DNA of 32,000 bases, from contig NC_009925.1 in NCBI RefSeq assembly GCF_000018105.1, forward strand, positions 2,370,001 through 2,402,000, given 5' to 3'. The stretch comes from Acaryochloris marina MBIC11017 (GTDB taxonomy: Bacteria > Cyanobacteriota > Cyanobacteriia > Thermosynechococcales > Thermosynechococcaceae). The position numbers and the translations under genes are program-made. Within the stretch, counting starts at the first letter, position 1. The number at the start of each line of letters is the position of its first letter. Shown here piece after piece: positions 17,843 to 25,919 of the stretch. Under the pieces are notes generated by a model. The model worked only from the letters and a program-made list of their open reading frames with translations, ran no database searches and was not told the DNA's origin.

Positions 17843-18703
17843 ATGGCCCAAACGGATGACTTATTAGGCTTAATCGATAGCTTTCCAGATGCCTTTAATC
17901 AGGTTGAAGGGAAGCCTGACGGCACAGCGCCGATCGACCCCGCTTTAGACCCCAAACTACAGCAGCTAATTGCTGAATTTCCCAGCGCTTTTGTGGATCC
18001 TGCAACCCATGTGGATGAAGCGGATAGTCAGGCTGAATCTGTCAGTGAGGAACATACCCTCCCTGACACGGAGGCAGCTGCAGAAAAAACTGAGCCTGTG
18101 CAACCGGCTCCATCTCCTCTGCCTTCAGCCCAACCAGGAACCTATGCTCATGCCCTGACACGAACCATCTCCACGTTTACCTGGGGACAGATTGAAGTGA
18201 ATCTGACCTATGGAGACAGCGGATTGCAATCGGTTTGGGTGACAGTGGGCAAATCGGGAACTGAAGTGCAGTCTCTTTGCGAAGCCATCGCCCGTTTGAT
18301 CAACCTATTGCTTGTAAACCAAACCCCAATTCCTGAGATTGCTCGCCAAATTCGCGGCATTCGGGGAGCAGATTCAGAAGGATTAGGTCCTAATCGTGTC
18401 TTAGGATTAGCTGATTTAATCGGTAAGGTGTTGCAGGAAGCTCCCACAGCCTGGCAACCAGCACAGCCTGGCCAGGAAAAGGCCGCTCCTCCGAAGCATA
18501 ATGGCCATAACGGTAACGGGAATGGCAATGGCCATAACGGCAGCGATACCAAAACTGCAGTCATGCCGACTGAAGTGTGGACCACTATTGCAGACCATGA
18601 TCATGCTGCTTCTATCTGCCCTGAATGTGGGGCTGAACTCCATCAAGTGAATGGTTGCTCTGGAGGTGCGTGTGTGGTCTGTGGATACAGTAGCTGTAGC
18701 TAA
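17843..18703 (+). CDS. NrdJb-like protein: TSCPD-like domain plus C-terminal Cys cluster (the separated C-terminal part of class II RNR)
   Basis: The central segment FTWGQIEVNLTYGD..LQSVWVTVGKSGTEVQSLCEAIARLINLLL...IARQIRGIRG resembles the TSCPD domain found at NrdJ C-termini. The tail is CPECGAELHQVNGCSGGACVVCGYSSCS. It lies 34 nt downstream of nrdJa in a different frame. Confidence 0.65.
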   Translation: MAQTDDLLGLIDSFPDAFNQVEGKPDGTAPIDPALDPKLQQLIAEFPSAFVDPATHVDEADSQAESVSEEHTLPDTEAAAEKTEPVQPAPSPLPSAQPGTYAHALTRTISTFTWGQIEVNLTYGDSGLQSVWVTVGKSGTEVQSLCEAIARLINLLLVNQTPIPEIARQIRGIRGADSEGLGPNRVLGLADLIGKVLQEAPTAWQPAQPGQEKAAPPKHNGHNGNGNGNGHNGSDTKTAVMPTEVWTTIADHDHAASICPECGAELHQVNGCSGGACVVCGYSSCS

Positions 18704-19509
18704 GCGGCTCTGGAAAGATCACAAATAAATTGAGTCGCCGTCGGCAAGTTACTTTGAATGCTCGTCGGCCTCAAGCTGTTTAGGAAGGCATAATTACGCA
18801 TTCCACAGGTTAAAGCCACGGTTTTAATCTTCATGGCTTGAGCTGCTAATACATCTGCTTCCGTATCACCAATCATCCAAATTTGCTGATGGTTGGTCAG
18901 CCCCATGGCATTGATTGAATCCTGGATTAAAGCCTGTTTGCAGACCGCATAGTTTTTATAGGCTGCCTGGGTATCATTCGTTCCCCGGATCAACCGGAAG
19001 TAGCGCGTTAAATGATGCTGCTGTAAGACTTGGTCCACTTGTTCTTGGCAGCGGAGGGTCACAACCGCTAGTTGTGCACCTTGATTGAGCAGGTGTTCTA
19101 AGGCTTGATGGACACCTGGTTGAAGGCGGTCTTCTTGAAGCAGCAGCGGCTGGTTCACAATCGCTTGGACCTGGTGCATAAAGAAATCAATATGGCTGCC
19201 AGAGAGCCCGGACAGGTAAGCAATCTCGATATCAGGCCGCTTTGATTGCTTCATACTCCAAAACTGGGCGTGACTTAAAGGAGTGAGCGCTAAGGTTTCG
19301 CTTTGAGCCTGAACAGACGCTTGAGTCTCGGCAAGGGCAAGCTGATAGGTTCTGAAATACCGTTGAGAGACATCAATTAAGGGACCATCTAAATCACAAA
19401 AGATGGTGAGTTGTGATGTTTGTTGAGCACCAGGCCAATCATCTTTCGCTACAGATTGAGCAATATCTGACGTTGATCTGGGAAGAGTGAAGGCTGGCAC
19501 ACCTGTCAT
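18700..19509 (-). CDS. HAD-superfamily hydrolase (phosphoglycolate phosphatase-like, subfamily IA)
   Basis: Motif I is FCDLDGPLID. The later motifs VVTLR and WMIGDTEADVLAAQAM fit HAD motifs II-IV. Confidence 0.75.
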   Translation of the reverse strand: MTGVPAFTLPRSTSDIAQSVAKDDWPGAQQTSQLTIFCDLDGPLIDVSQRYFRTYQLALAETQASVQAQSETLALTPLSHAQFWSMKQSKRPDIEIAYLSGLSGSHIDFFMHQVQAIVNQPLLLQEDRLQPGVHQALEHLLNQGAQLAVVTLRCQEQVDQVLQQHHLTRYFRLIRGTNDTQAAYKNYAVCKQALIQDSINAMGLTNHQQIWMIGDTEADVLAAQAMKIKTVALTCGMRNYAFLNSLRPTSIQSNLPTATQFICDLSRAA

Positions 19510-19615
19510 AGGCAGGACTGACTAGGAGTCAGTAATATATCTTTACTTGAATTTAACATTTTTTTATAGATTCGGTAGAGTTCAATTTATCTTAAATTTT
19601 TTTATTAAGGTAAAC

Positions 19616-21163
19616 TTACTCATAATCGTGCCCAGTCCCATAGGTCCATCCGTCATATCGACGTTGCCAATAGTATTGTTGTTTCGGGTTCAAAGTATCA
19701 CTCCACTGCTTGAGAGCAGGGATAAGGCGATGCAGCTCGTTATATAATCCCAAGCCCATGTAATGGGGAATCCATTTGAATAACGCCCCTAAACCCACAT
19801 GTCCCAAAATTTTAGGGGTCAGTTGCGGATGGCGCAGGGAAATTTGGAGCAAGGTTTGAGATAGGGCCGGAAACTGAACAATATCCTGAAGAAAAGGTTT
19901 GAGAACCGGGTCTCCGAGTTTCTCCATTTCGTGGAAAACGACCTGAAGGAGCTGATTGATTTGTTGGGGGTTCAGATCGCGATCGGCGGGAGCCCGCATG
20001 GATTGCTGAAATAGCCAGGTCACAGATAGGTTGGGTTGATAGGGCTGCAGTAGGTTGAGATCCTTTGTCCCTAGGGCATCGGCACTAAGGGCTTCATGAA
20101 TGCCTGCATCGAGGCGTCGCAAATGGCGAATCATAGCTCCAAAACCGCCAAAGCTGAGAGGGGATTGGCTACCGCTACTGTCTCCCATGGGCATAATGCG
20201 GTCCCAGGGATACTGGAGGGGGCTTTGTTCATAGCTGGGGAACATACCAAATAAGGCTCGCAAGATTTTGACCTCTGCTAGATCCGTATCTTGGTACTCG
20301 GGGAGCCGGTCTAGATAATGGCGAAACACATGCTCTAGACTGGGGCGCTGGGGATGCAGGTCAGCGTAGGTAAACATATAGGTCGTACGACCATCGCGGG
20401 CAGGGAATGCTTCCCAAAAATACTGACATCGATCTTCGATGGGGGTGAAAGAGACCAATAAATCTCCGGTGTCTCGAACGGGCAGTCCTTGCGCACAAGT
20501 GCCGACCACTAAACAGATACCCGCGGGGGTTTGGCCTTGGCGGGCCTGGGCGGCAACGGGAGAGAAATGCCCCATCACATCCAGCATGAGTCGAGCCGTT
20601 AGGGTCGTGTCTGTTTGAATTGCTACGCCATCGGGATGAACCACCATGTTGGAAAAGGCGGTCTGTTCCTGGAGATAACCTCCCGCTTCTAGAAATCGAG
20701 CTTTCAGCGCATCCAATAAAAAGACGGGGTCAACCCCAACATTGAGGACATCTTGAACCCAAACCGCAGGTCCCCCCATAAACTGAATCCGATTGGGGTT
20801 AAATTCGCTGGCAATAGCGGTTTCTAGTTGTGCTTCGGTGAGCAGTTCTAGCTCTACTAAAACCGACAGCTCAGCTCTGGAGATATTCCACTCCTGTTCG
20901 CGTCCTTTGAGAATACCTCGCTCTAAAATTAAGACTCGCCAGCCTCGTAACGCCAGGGTGGTGCCAATCATGACGCCTAAGGTACCGCCACAGATCACCA
21001 CATCCCAATCCATCGTCCCCAGACGTTCGGTGCTGTCTTGAACGACAGTGGGAATCTGGGCGGGTGGCCCTTGGCGCAACTGGCTCCAGCGACGATCGGC
21101 CTGTTGCAAATTGGCCAGAAATGGCGCGGGTAGGGTGGCGATTAATTCAGCAGTCGAGGGCAT
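19616..21163 (-). CDS. FAD-dependent oxidoreductase (possibly the CruA/CruP-type lycopene-cyclase-like family; subfamily unverified)
   Basis: An N-terminal Rossmann dinucleotide-binding motif WDVVICGGTLGVMIGTTLALRGWRVLILERG follows a roughly 50-aa leader. 515-aa ORF, 36 nt downstream of the histidine kinase gene. Confidence 0.6.
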   Translation of the reverse strand: MPSTAELIATLPAPFLANLQQADRRWSQLRQGPPAQIPTVVQDSTERLGTMDWDVVICGGTLGVMIGTTLALRGWRVLILERGILKGREQEWNISRAELSVLVELELLTEAQLETAIASEFNPNRIQFMGGPAVWVQDVLNVGVDPVFLLDALKARFLEAGGYLQEQTAFSNMVVHPDGVAIQTDTTLTARLMLDVMGHFSPVAAQARQGQTPAGICLVVGTCAQGLPVRDTGDLLVSFTPIEDRCQYFWEAFPARDGRTTYMFTYADLHPQRPSLEHVFRHYLDRLPEYQDTDLAEVKILRALFGMFPSYEQSPLQYPWDRIMPMGDSSGSQSPLSFGGFGAMIRHLRRLDAGIHEALSADALGTKDLNLLQPYQPNLSVTWLFQQSMRAPADRDLNPQQINQLLQVVFHEMEKLGDPVLKPFLQDIVQFPALSQTLLQISLRHPQLTPKILGHVGLGALFKWIPHYMGLGLYNELHRLIPALKQWSDTLNPKQQYYWQRRYDGWTYGTGHDYE

Positions 21164-21199
21164 TCAGGCAACACAAAAAGACGTCTCTTTTGAAGATAC

Positions 21200-23335
21200 C
21201 TAATTGGCGTCGACTGCGGGGGGGAGAGATGACTTGTAGGGTAACTTGACGATAAAGGTGGTGGTTCCCTGGCGACTGGACACAGAGATTTCGCCTTCGA
21301 GTTGTTCAATCAGCTTTTGGACGAGGGCTAGCCCTAAACCCGTTCCGCCTTGTTTCCAGGGGTCGGCATTGGGGACTCGATAAAACTTGTCAAAAATTCG
21401 GGGTAGTTCCTGTTCTGGAATTTCAGCTTCATTGGTCACTTGCAGACGCAACATCGGCTTCGGAAATTCAAGATACTGGAGGGTGAGGGACACTTCGCCA
21501 CTTTGGGGTGTGTATTTGCAGGCATTATTGAGTAACTCTGCCAAAATTCGATCGAGGCTAACGCGATCGGAATGGAAGGTAGGGATGCTTTGGTCGCAGT
21601 TCACCCGTAAATTGAGTTCCCGATCTTTAATCCGGGATTGAAACGGTTCGAGAGCCCGGGGCAACCATACTTGGATTTTGATCGGTTCCGACTTGATTTG
21701 ATTACCGCCTGCTTCGAGGCGTTGCAGATCCAATAGATCGTTGATCAGTTCTGTCTCTCGACTACATTCGGCGTCCAGAATTTTGATATAGCGACGTTGC
21801 CGAGGTTCAAGGGGAAACTGACTGAGCATATGAATCGCCATTTTGATATTGGACATGGGGGTCCGCAATTCATGGGAGACGGTACTCAAGAAATCGTCTT
21901 TGAGGCTATTGAGACGCTCCAATTCCCGCATTTTTTGTTGGAGTTGGGCGGTGCGCTCTTCTACCTGTTGAGCCAGGTTGGTATTTAAGTCTTGGACATG
22001 TTGGTGAAGTTGGGCTTGATGAATTGCGATCGCACATTGATCCGCAATCGTTTTGACCAATCCTCGTTCATCGGCATTCCACGTTCGAGTTTCTAAAGCA
22101 AGACTTTCCTCCGTGGTTTCCTGGCAATGATACAGACTAATGCTACCTAAATAGTTCTGTAAATATTGCAGGGGAGAAATCAGCAGGGTTTGAATATTAC
22201 ATTGCTCACAAATCGCAATGAGTTCAAGATCGAGGTCATTCGTATCTGCGAAAACAACCTGTTGCCCTTGAGCCAAGGTCTCTTGAGAATGCCGCAAAAA
22301 CATCTCATTAGCCTGAATTAAATCTTGGCGTCCAATAGCAGTATCACTCACATAATGATCCGCTAATTCACCATCTGAATTCATTTGAACAATTAGACAA
22401 TGGCTAGCGCCCAAGGCTTCCGTTAACAGACCCACGGTAATTTGCAAGACTTCAGCGGTGACCATCGTTCCCCGCATGGCTTGGACAATGCGATTGATAA
22501 TGGATTCTCGCTGGGCCGTATGTCGGAGTTTCTCTTCCGCCCGCTTACGCTCTGTAATATCAGTGACGTAGCTGCGGACTAAATCACTTTCAACAATATA
22601 GTGAATCGATTGTTCGTAAATATTTTGGTCAATTTCTACTTCCCGAACAAAGAAGTTGCTTTTGGAAGAATGCTCTGTTTGCACCATCTTCAGCAGTCCC
22701 TGCAACATGGGGTGCGCCACCCCTTCTTTGGAGATATCAGGAAACTGCATAACCGCAGCGGGATTGAGATAGGTAACGGTGCCCTGCAGGTCCATTTCAA
22801 GAATGGGACTCGGCGTTAACTCAGGGAAAGACGCCATCCGTACCAGAGAGGCTTCGCTCATATTCTGCAAGTCAGCGTCATCCGGAACCAAGGTCTGGAA
22901 AGGATTGACAGACTGTGACAGAATCATGGACAAGTCTGTGGCCTCACAGAACTTATCAAAATCGGCATCTGATAGATTCGAAACAACAAAGTATTTGGTT
23001 TTGACATCCCCCCCAAAAATGACCACATCTCCATGTTTGAGGTCATGGGAAAAGAGACGACGACCATTCACGATCAAGCCGTTTGTACTGCGTTTTCCTT
23101 GCAAATCACCGTCAATAATTCGGAAGAGAAAATTAGAGGTTTCCGGAGCGGTAACTCGCAACAAAATCGCATGCTGGCGAGACACCATTTTGGAATGCAG
23201 CACAATCGAATTGGTAACATCTCGACCAATCGAGTAAGTAGCAGCTTCTAAGGAAATGGTTCGACGCCCTTCGGCATCATCAATGATGAAGAGATGTCTG
23301 AAACGTTGTCTTTGATCCTGCTCAAGGTTACTCAC
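21200..23335 (-). CDS. FHA-PAS-GAF sensor histidine kinase
   Basis: FHA: YSIGRDVTNSIVLHSKMVSRQHAILLRV...NGLIVNGRRL...GDVVIFG. A PAS-like region and a GAF-like region lie in the middle. H-box: FLSTVSHELRTPMSNI. N box: LLNNACKYTP. G boxes: GGTGLGLALV. Confidence 0.85.
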   Translation of the reverse strand: MSNLEQDQRQRFRHLFIIDDAEGRRTISLEAATYSIGRDVTNSIVLHSKMVSRQHAILLRVTAPETSNFLFRIIDGDLQGKRSTNGLIVNGRRLFSHDLKHGDVVIFGGDVKTKYFVVSNLSDADFDKFCEATDLSMILSQSVNPFQTLVPDDADLQNMSEASLVRMASFPELTPSPILEMDLQGTVTYLNPAAVMQFPDISKEGVAHPMLQGLLKMVQTEHSSKSNFFVREVEIDQNIYEQSIHYIVESDLVRSYVTDITERKRAEEKLRHTAQRESIINRIVQAMRGTMVTAEVLQITVGLLTEALGASHCLIVQMNSDGELADHYVSDTAIGRQDLIQANEMFLRHSQETLAQGQQVVFADTNDLDLELIAICEQCNIQTLLISPLQYLQNYLGSISLYHCQETTEESLALETRTWNADERGLVKTIADQCAIAIHQAQLHQHVQDLNTNLAQQVEERTAQLQQKMRELERLNSLKDDFLSTVSHELRTPMSNIKMAIHMLSQFPLEPRQRRYIKILDAECSRETELINDLLDLQRLEAGGNQIKSEPIKIQVWLPRALEPFQSRIKDRELNLRVNCDQSIPTFHSDRVSLDRILAELLNNACKYTPQSGEVSLTLQYLEFPKPMLRLQVTNEAEIPEQELPRIFDKFYRVPNADPWKQGGTGLGLALVQKLIEQLEGEISVSSRQGTTTFIVKLPYKSSLPPAVDAN
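22026..22033. repeat. HIP1 octamer
   Basis: Exact GCGATCGC. Confidence 0.95.
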
Positions 23336-23837
23336 GATTTGGGCTGTCAGTCGCGGTAGGGTGAATGGTTAAAAGAGAGATGAATGTAGTATGCCTCTAT
23401 TGCTTGCTGAATTACACCTGTTGACTATTGTGTCATGAGGGTTAGACATTTCTCTTTAGAAAGGAAAGTTTAGTTATTTTGCTATTATTTGCCTCTTTGC
23501 TTTAGCTTCGCAATAGTACAGCGATTTTCCCAAGCATACCTCGACTCTAACCTAACCCCAATAGGAATAATGTCTATATCTGAGTCAATCTGATACGACA
23601 ACACGCCCCCGCCTGCATAGTTGATGAGGAGATAAGGTCTTGATATTTCCAAGTCGTCTAAAAGACTGATCGGCTCTTTTCTGTACTTTTAGCAATCCTA
23701 CACTCCATCAAAGCGACAGAGAGTATGCTATTGGCTGCAGAGCACTCCTCATCGCTGAGGCTTCCCTACCGTGAAGGAAGCGACTATCAAAATCAGAAGG
23801 GTAAACAGCAGTTTCAATAGGGCCGCATACAACAGAG

Positions 23838-23866
23838 ACCCAGCCGTTACACGTTTACGGCTGGGT
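23838..23866 (-). terminator. Stem-loop downstream of the 158-aa hypothetical gene
   Basis: ACCCAGCCGT (23838..23847) pairs with ACGGCTGGGT (23857..23866), a 10-bp GC-rich stem with a 9-nt loop. It lies about 50 nt after the stop at 23918. On the minus strand it is followed by CTCTGTTGT (moderately U-rich). Confidence 0.5.
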
Positions 23867-23917
23867 ATTCCTGCTCCCTCACACTAAGAGGTAGATCTAA
23901 CAACCTTGCTACAGGCT

Positions 23918-24394
23918 TTAATTCACAACTGAGGCTGGTTCATGGGCTCCCACCGCAAGCACAAGGCAAAGCGCAGCAACCGTTTTTTGCCATTCAAGGC
24001 GTACACTATCTTCTTCAACACCATCAAACGCTGAAACCAAGCGAGGAATAGAGCGTTGTAAAGCTTTTTCGGGTATGGGGCTATGCAGCTCCACTAGGTG
24101 AGTTAGACTTTCCTGATTATTTAGAAATGCCACAACCCACTTGGTTGCATGATCGGGACTATCAGGTACCCGATCAACCCCTAACTCTTGCTTGAGCCAG
24201 TCGTAAAACGGAGGCAGCTGCTTGGCCAAGATTTGTCCAGCCGTCGGTAAGGTCTCACGGAGCAATCCTGCATTTAGGCTTCCCAATAATTCGGTGACTG
24301 CGGGGAGGGCAAGAAAGTCTTCTAGACCCAGTGAGAGAAGGCTTTCGACAGTTGGAGCATCGAGTTGAAGGTGTTGTTGAAATGTGGCCTGCAT
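23918..24394 (-). CDS. Hypothetical protein, divergent from the MarR gene
   Basis: 158-aa ORF with an ATG start and no family I can recognise. Its start codon is 5 nt from the tandem palindromic repeats, which suggests it is the regulated target. Confidence 0.5.
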   Translation of the reverse strand: MQATFQQHLQLDAPTVESLLSLGLEDFLALPAVTELLGSLNAGLLRETLPTAGQILAKQLPPFYDWLKQELGVDRVPDSPDHATKWVVAFLNNQESLTHLVELHSPIPEKALQRSIPRLVSAFDGVEEDSVRLEWQKTVAALCLVLAVGAHEPASVVN

Positions 24395-24398
24395 TATA

Positions 24399-24427
24399 TT
24401 TAGGACTCCTAAGTTTAGGACTCCTAA
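24399..24427. promoter_or_regulatory. Tandem palindromic operator candidate: 2 x TTTAGGACTCCTAA
   Basis: TTTAGGACTCCTAA occurs at 24399..24412 and again at 24414..24427, an exact copy with a 15-bp period. Each unit contains the inverted repeat TTAGGA-C-TCCTAA. The pair sits in the 140-bp divergent region between the hypothetical gene and the MarR gene. Confidence 0.55.
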
Positions 24428-24534
24428 ATATTAACCATGGTCGATCATTCTGTCAAAGAAATCTCATCGCAGTTCTCTCACGAGCGTTTTAGAATTTAAG
24501 AGTCTGGGATTGCTTCAAGGAGGTGAAGGTATCT

Positions 24535-25158
24535 ATGGCAAAGACTTCACAGGATGCAACAGATACCCCCCTACGCCAACGGTTGGGCATCGGGTTAGAA
24601 AAAATTAGTATGGTGCTTAAAAGTCAGGCGTGGCACGATGCCAACCTGCAAGGACTGACACCCACCCAGGGCAAAATCTTGACCCTACTGCGAGATCGCC
24701 AACCCGTTGGCATGCGGCTATCGGAGGTGGCTGATGTTTTGGGAATTACCTCTCCCACCGCCAGCGATGCGGTGGCCGTTTTAAGTAAAAAGGGTCTGGT
24801 CGATAAACAACGTTCTACAGAAGATGCCAGAGCCATCTCGATTACTTTATCGGCCCAAGGGATTCAGCAAGCCGAACAAGTGATGGGGTGGTCTGATTTT
24901 TTGCTATCTGCCATTGATGATCTGACTGAATTTGAGCAAGAGATTTTTCTTAAAGGGTTAATCAAGATAATCCGAAGTTTGCAAGCAGAAGGATACATCA
25001 CTGTTTCTCGGATGTGCTTGACCTGTCAGTTTTTTCATCCTAATCAGTATCCAGACAGCCAACATCCTCACCACTGTGGTTTTGTGGATGCTCCTTTTGG
25101 CGATAGAGATTTACGCATTGATTGTCCTGACCAGCTCCCAGAAGAGGCAGAGGTGTAA
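24535..25158 (+). CDS. MarR-family transcriptional regulator with a C-terminal Cys/His-rich extension
   Basis: Winged-helix region: LTPTQGKILTLLRDRQPVGMRLSEVADVLGITSPTASDAVAVLSKKGLVDKQRSTEDARAISITLS. The extra roughly 50-aa tail is MCLTCQFFHPNQYPDSQHPHHCGFVDAPFGDRDLRIDCPD. ATG 24535 lies 11 nt after AAGGAGG (24517..24523). The track start at 24523 is a GTG inside the SD. Confidence 0.8.
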   Translation: MAKTSQDATDTPLRQRLGIGLEKISMVLKSQAWHDANLQGLTPTQGKILTLLRDRQPVGMRLSEVADVLGITSPTASDAVAVLSKKGLVDKQRSTEDARAISITLSAQGIQQAEQVMGWSDFLLSAIDDLTEFEQEIFLKGLIKIIRSLQAEGYITVSRMCLTCQFFHPNQYPDSQHPHHCGFVDAPFGDRDLRIDCPDQLPEEAEV

Positions 25159-25279
25159 AAGTTTAGGTATCAATCAGCATTGGGATAGGTGGACCATCAG
25201 GGCAAGCGCTTACATGGCCTGTGAAAAATCCCAATAGTCTCCTGGTAAAATCAGAACATTACCTTCAAGCAAATAAATA

Positions 25280-25702
25280 ATGTGTGTTGGCTGTTATTCG
25301 GTGCCGCTGATGGCATTGGTGTTACCTGAACTTGAAAACTCTTCAGCAATCATCGTTCCTTTGAGAGAATCATCTCAAGTCGCACCAGTTCAGTCCCAAG
25401 TCAGTACAGCTCAGGTTCAAGCTGAAGTTGCTCACATCACTCAGGTCCTACCAGACTCTCCCTACATCGGCCTGCTGCGGGAAGAATTTACAGCGATGCA
25501 TCGGCGGCTAGAACATGCAACCAGTATGGGTGAGGCAAATGGGATTGTGGGGGAAGGGATCCTGAATATTGCTAAGCGGTTGGGAACCAATCCTAATCTT
25601 GATCGCGCCATTAAAGTTTTAGAGCCGAATCCAAACTCTGAAGTGGAAAGATCTGTGGATCAGTCTGGGCTGCTAGCTCCAAATGCCTGGGGATGGCTCT
25701 AA
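25280..25702 (+). CDS. Hypothetical protein
   Basis: 140-aa ORF between the MarR and GH15/PhK-like genes on the same strand. No recognisable motifs. The start is uncertain (an internal Met lies at 25310). Confidence 0.4.
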   Translation: MCVGCYSVPLMALVLPELENSSAIIVPLRESSQVAPVQSQVSTAQVQAEVAHITQVLPDSPYIGLLREEFTAMHRRLEHATSMGEANGIVGEGILNIAKRLGTNPNLDRAIKVLEPNPNSEVERSVDQSGLLAPNAWGWL

Positions 25703-25809
25703 ATTCTGGTCTACTGTTAGCCGCTGGTGGAGTGATTTATTTCTATCAGTGGATAAGAAAACTAAAAGGTTCTTATTCACTGATTGAGTCACAAATTTTG
25801 TGGGAATAA
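25693..25809 (+). CDS. Candidate 38-aa single-TM small protein (not in the ORF track)
   Basis: My own translation is MALNSGLLLAAGGVIYFYQWIRKLKGSYSLIESQILWE. The ATG overlaps the end of the upstream ORF (..TGG GGA TGG CTC TAA). A hydrophobic helix is followed by a basic patch. The stop lies inside the AT-rich hairpin at 25802..25827. Support comes only from ORF shape. Confidence 0.25.
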   Translation: MALNSGLLLAAGGVIYFYQWIRKLKGSYSLIESQILWE

Positions 25810-25919
25810 AAATAGGATTTTATTCCCGTAAAGTGTAGCCCTTTATATCAATGGGAATCCTAAAAAAGTCGTTGCCAATTCACCTTGAGAATTAGCAATT
25901 TTTTTAGGCACTATCACCC

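Noticed and set aside
18497-18541. A repetitive DNA stretch (CAT AAT GGC CAT AAC GGT AAC GGG AAT GGC AAT GGC CAT AAC GGC).
   Set aside because: It is in frame inside nrdJb and encodes HNGHNGNGNGNGHNG, a coding low-complexity insert rather than a non-coding repeat. It is mentioned under the split NrdJ finding.
19516-19534. A small hairpin ACTGACT-AGG-AGTCAGT between the FAD oxidoreductase stop and the HAD gene start, considered as a terminator.
   Set aside because: The stem is only 7 bp with no U tract, and it lies immediately upstream of the HAD start codon on the minus strand. It is more likely part of that gene's 5' UTR or coincidental.
22779-23237. Long ORFs antisense to, or out of frame within, clearly assigned genes: 496..702, 543..857, 1324..1518, 1655..1927, 2246..2488, 3730..4020, 3917..4186, 5385..5600, 8630..8890, 13337..13555, 18208..18585, 18416..18646, 20793..21041, 22779..23237, 26468..26779, 29925..30302, 30586..30891, 31144..31395.
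   Set aside because: Each lies inside a longer ORF on the opposite strand, or in another frame, whose product has strong family motifs. Their translations are low-complexity or Arg/Ser/Pro-rich, as expected for shadow frames, and I recognise no family motif in any of them.
23744-23782. ACTCCTCA followed by two small hairpins (CCTCAtcgcTGAGG and GCTTCCctaccgtgaaGGAAGC), reminiscent of the Yfr1 sRNA motif ACUCCUCACAC.
   Set aside because: The motif is incomplete (ACTCCTCATCGC), the second hairpin has no U tail, and the arrangement differs from the stem-loop / single-stranded motif / terminator layout of Yfr1.
23749-23817. A 22-codon hydrophobic minus-strand ORF (TTG start; MKLLFTLLILIVASFTVGKPQR), preceded by a 4-codon ATG uORF (23828..23814) whose TGA overlaps the TTG. 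It resembles a type I toxin-like peptide and lies in the 580-bp intergenic region.
   Set aside because: It has a TTG start, no Shine-Dalgarno sequence, no identifiable antisense RNA promoter and no conservation data. Such short hydrophobic frames arise by chance in T-rich DNA. Worth a look only if RNA-seq shows a transcript here.
25802-25827. The hairpin GGGAATAAAA-ATAGGA-TTTTATTCCC as a Rho-independent terminator.
   Set aside because: The stem is mostly A-T pairs and is not followed by a T tract (GTAAAGTG), so termination efficiency is doubtful. It is kept only as context for the small-ORF finding.
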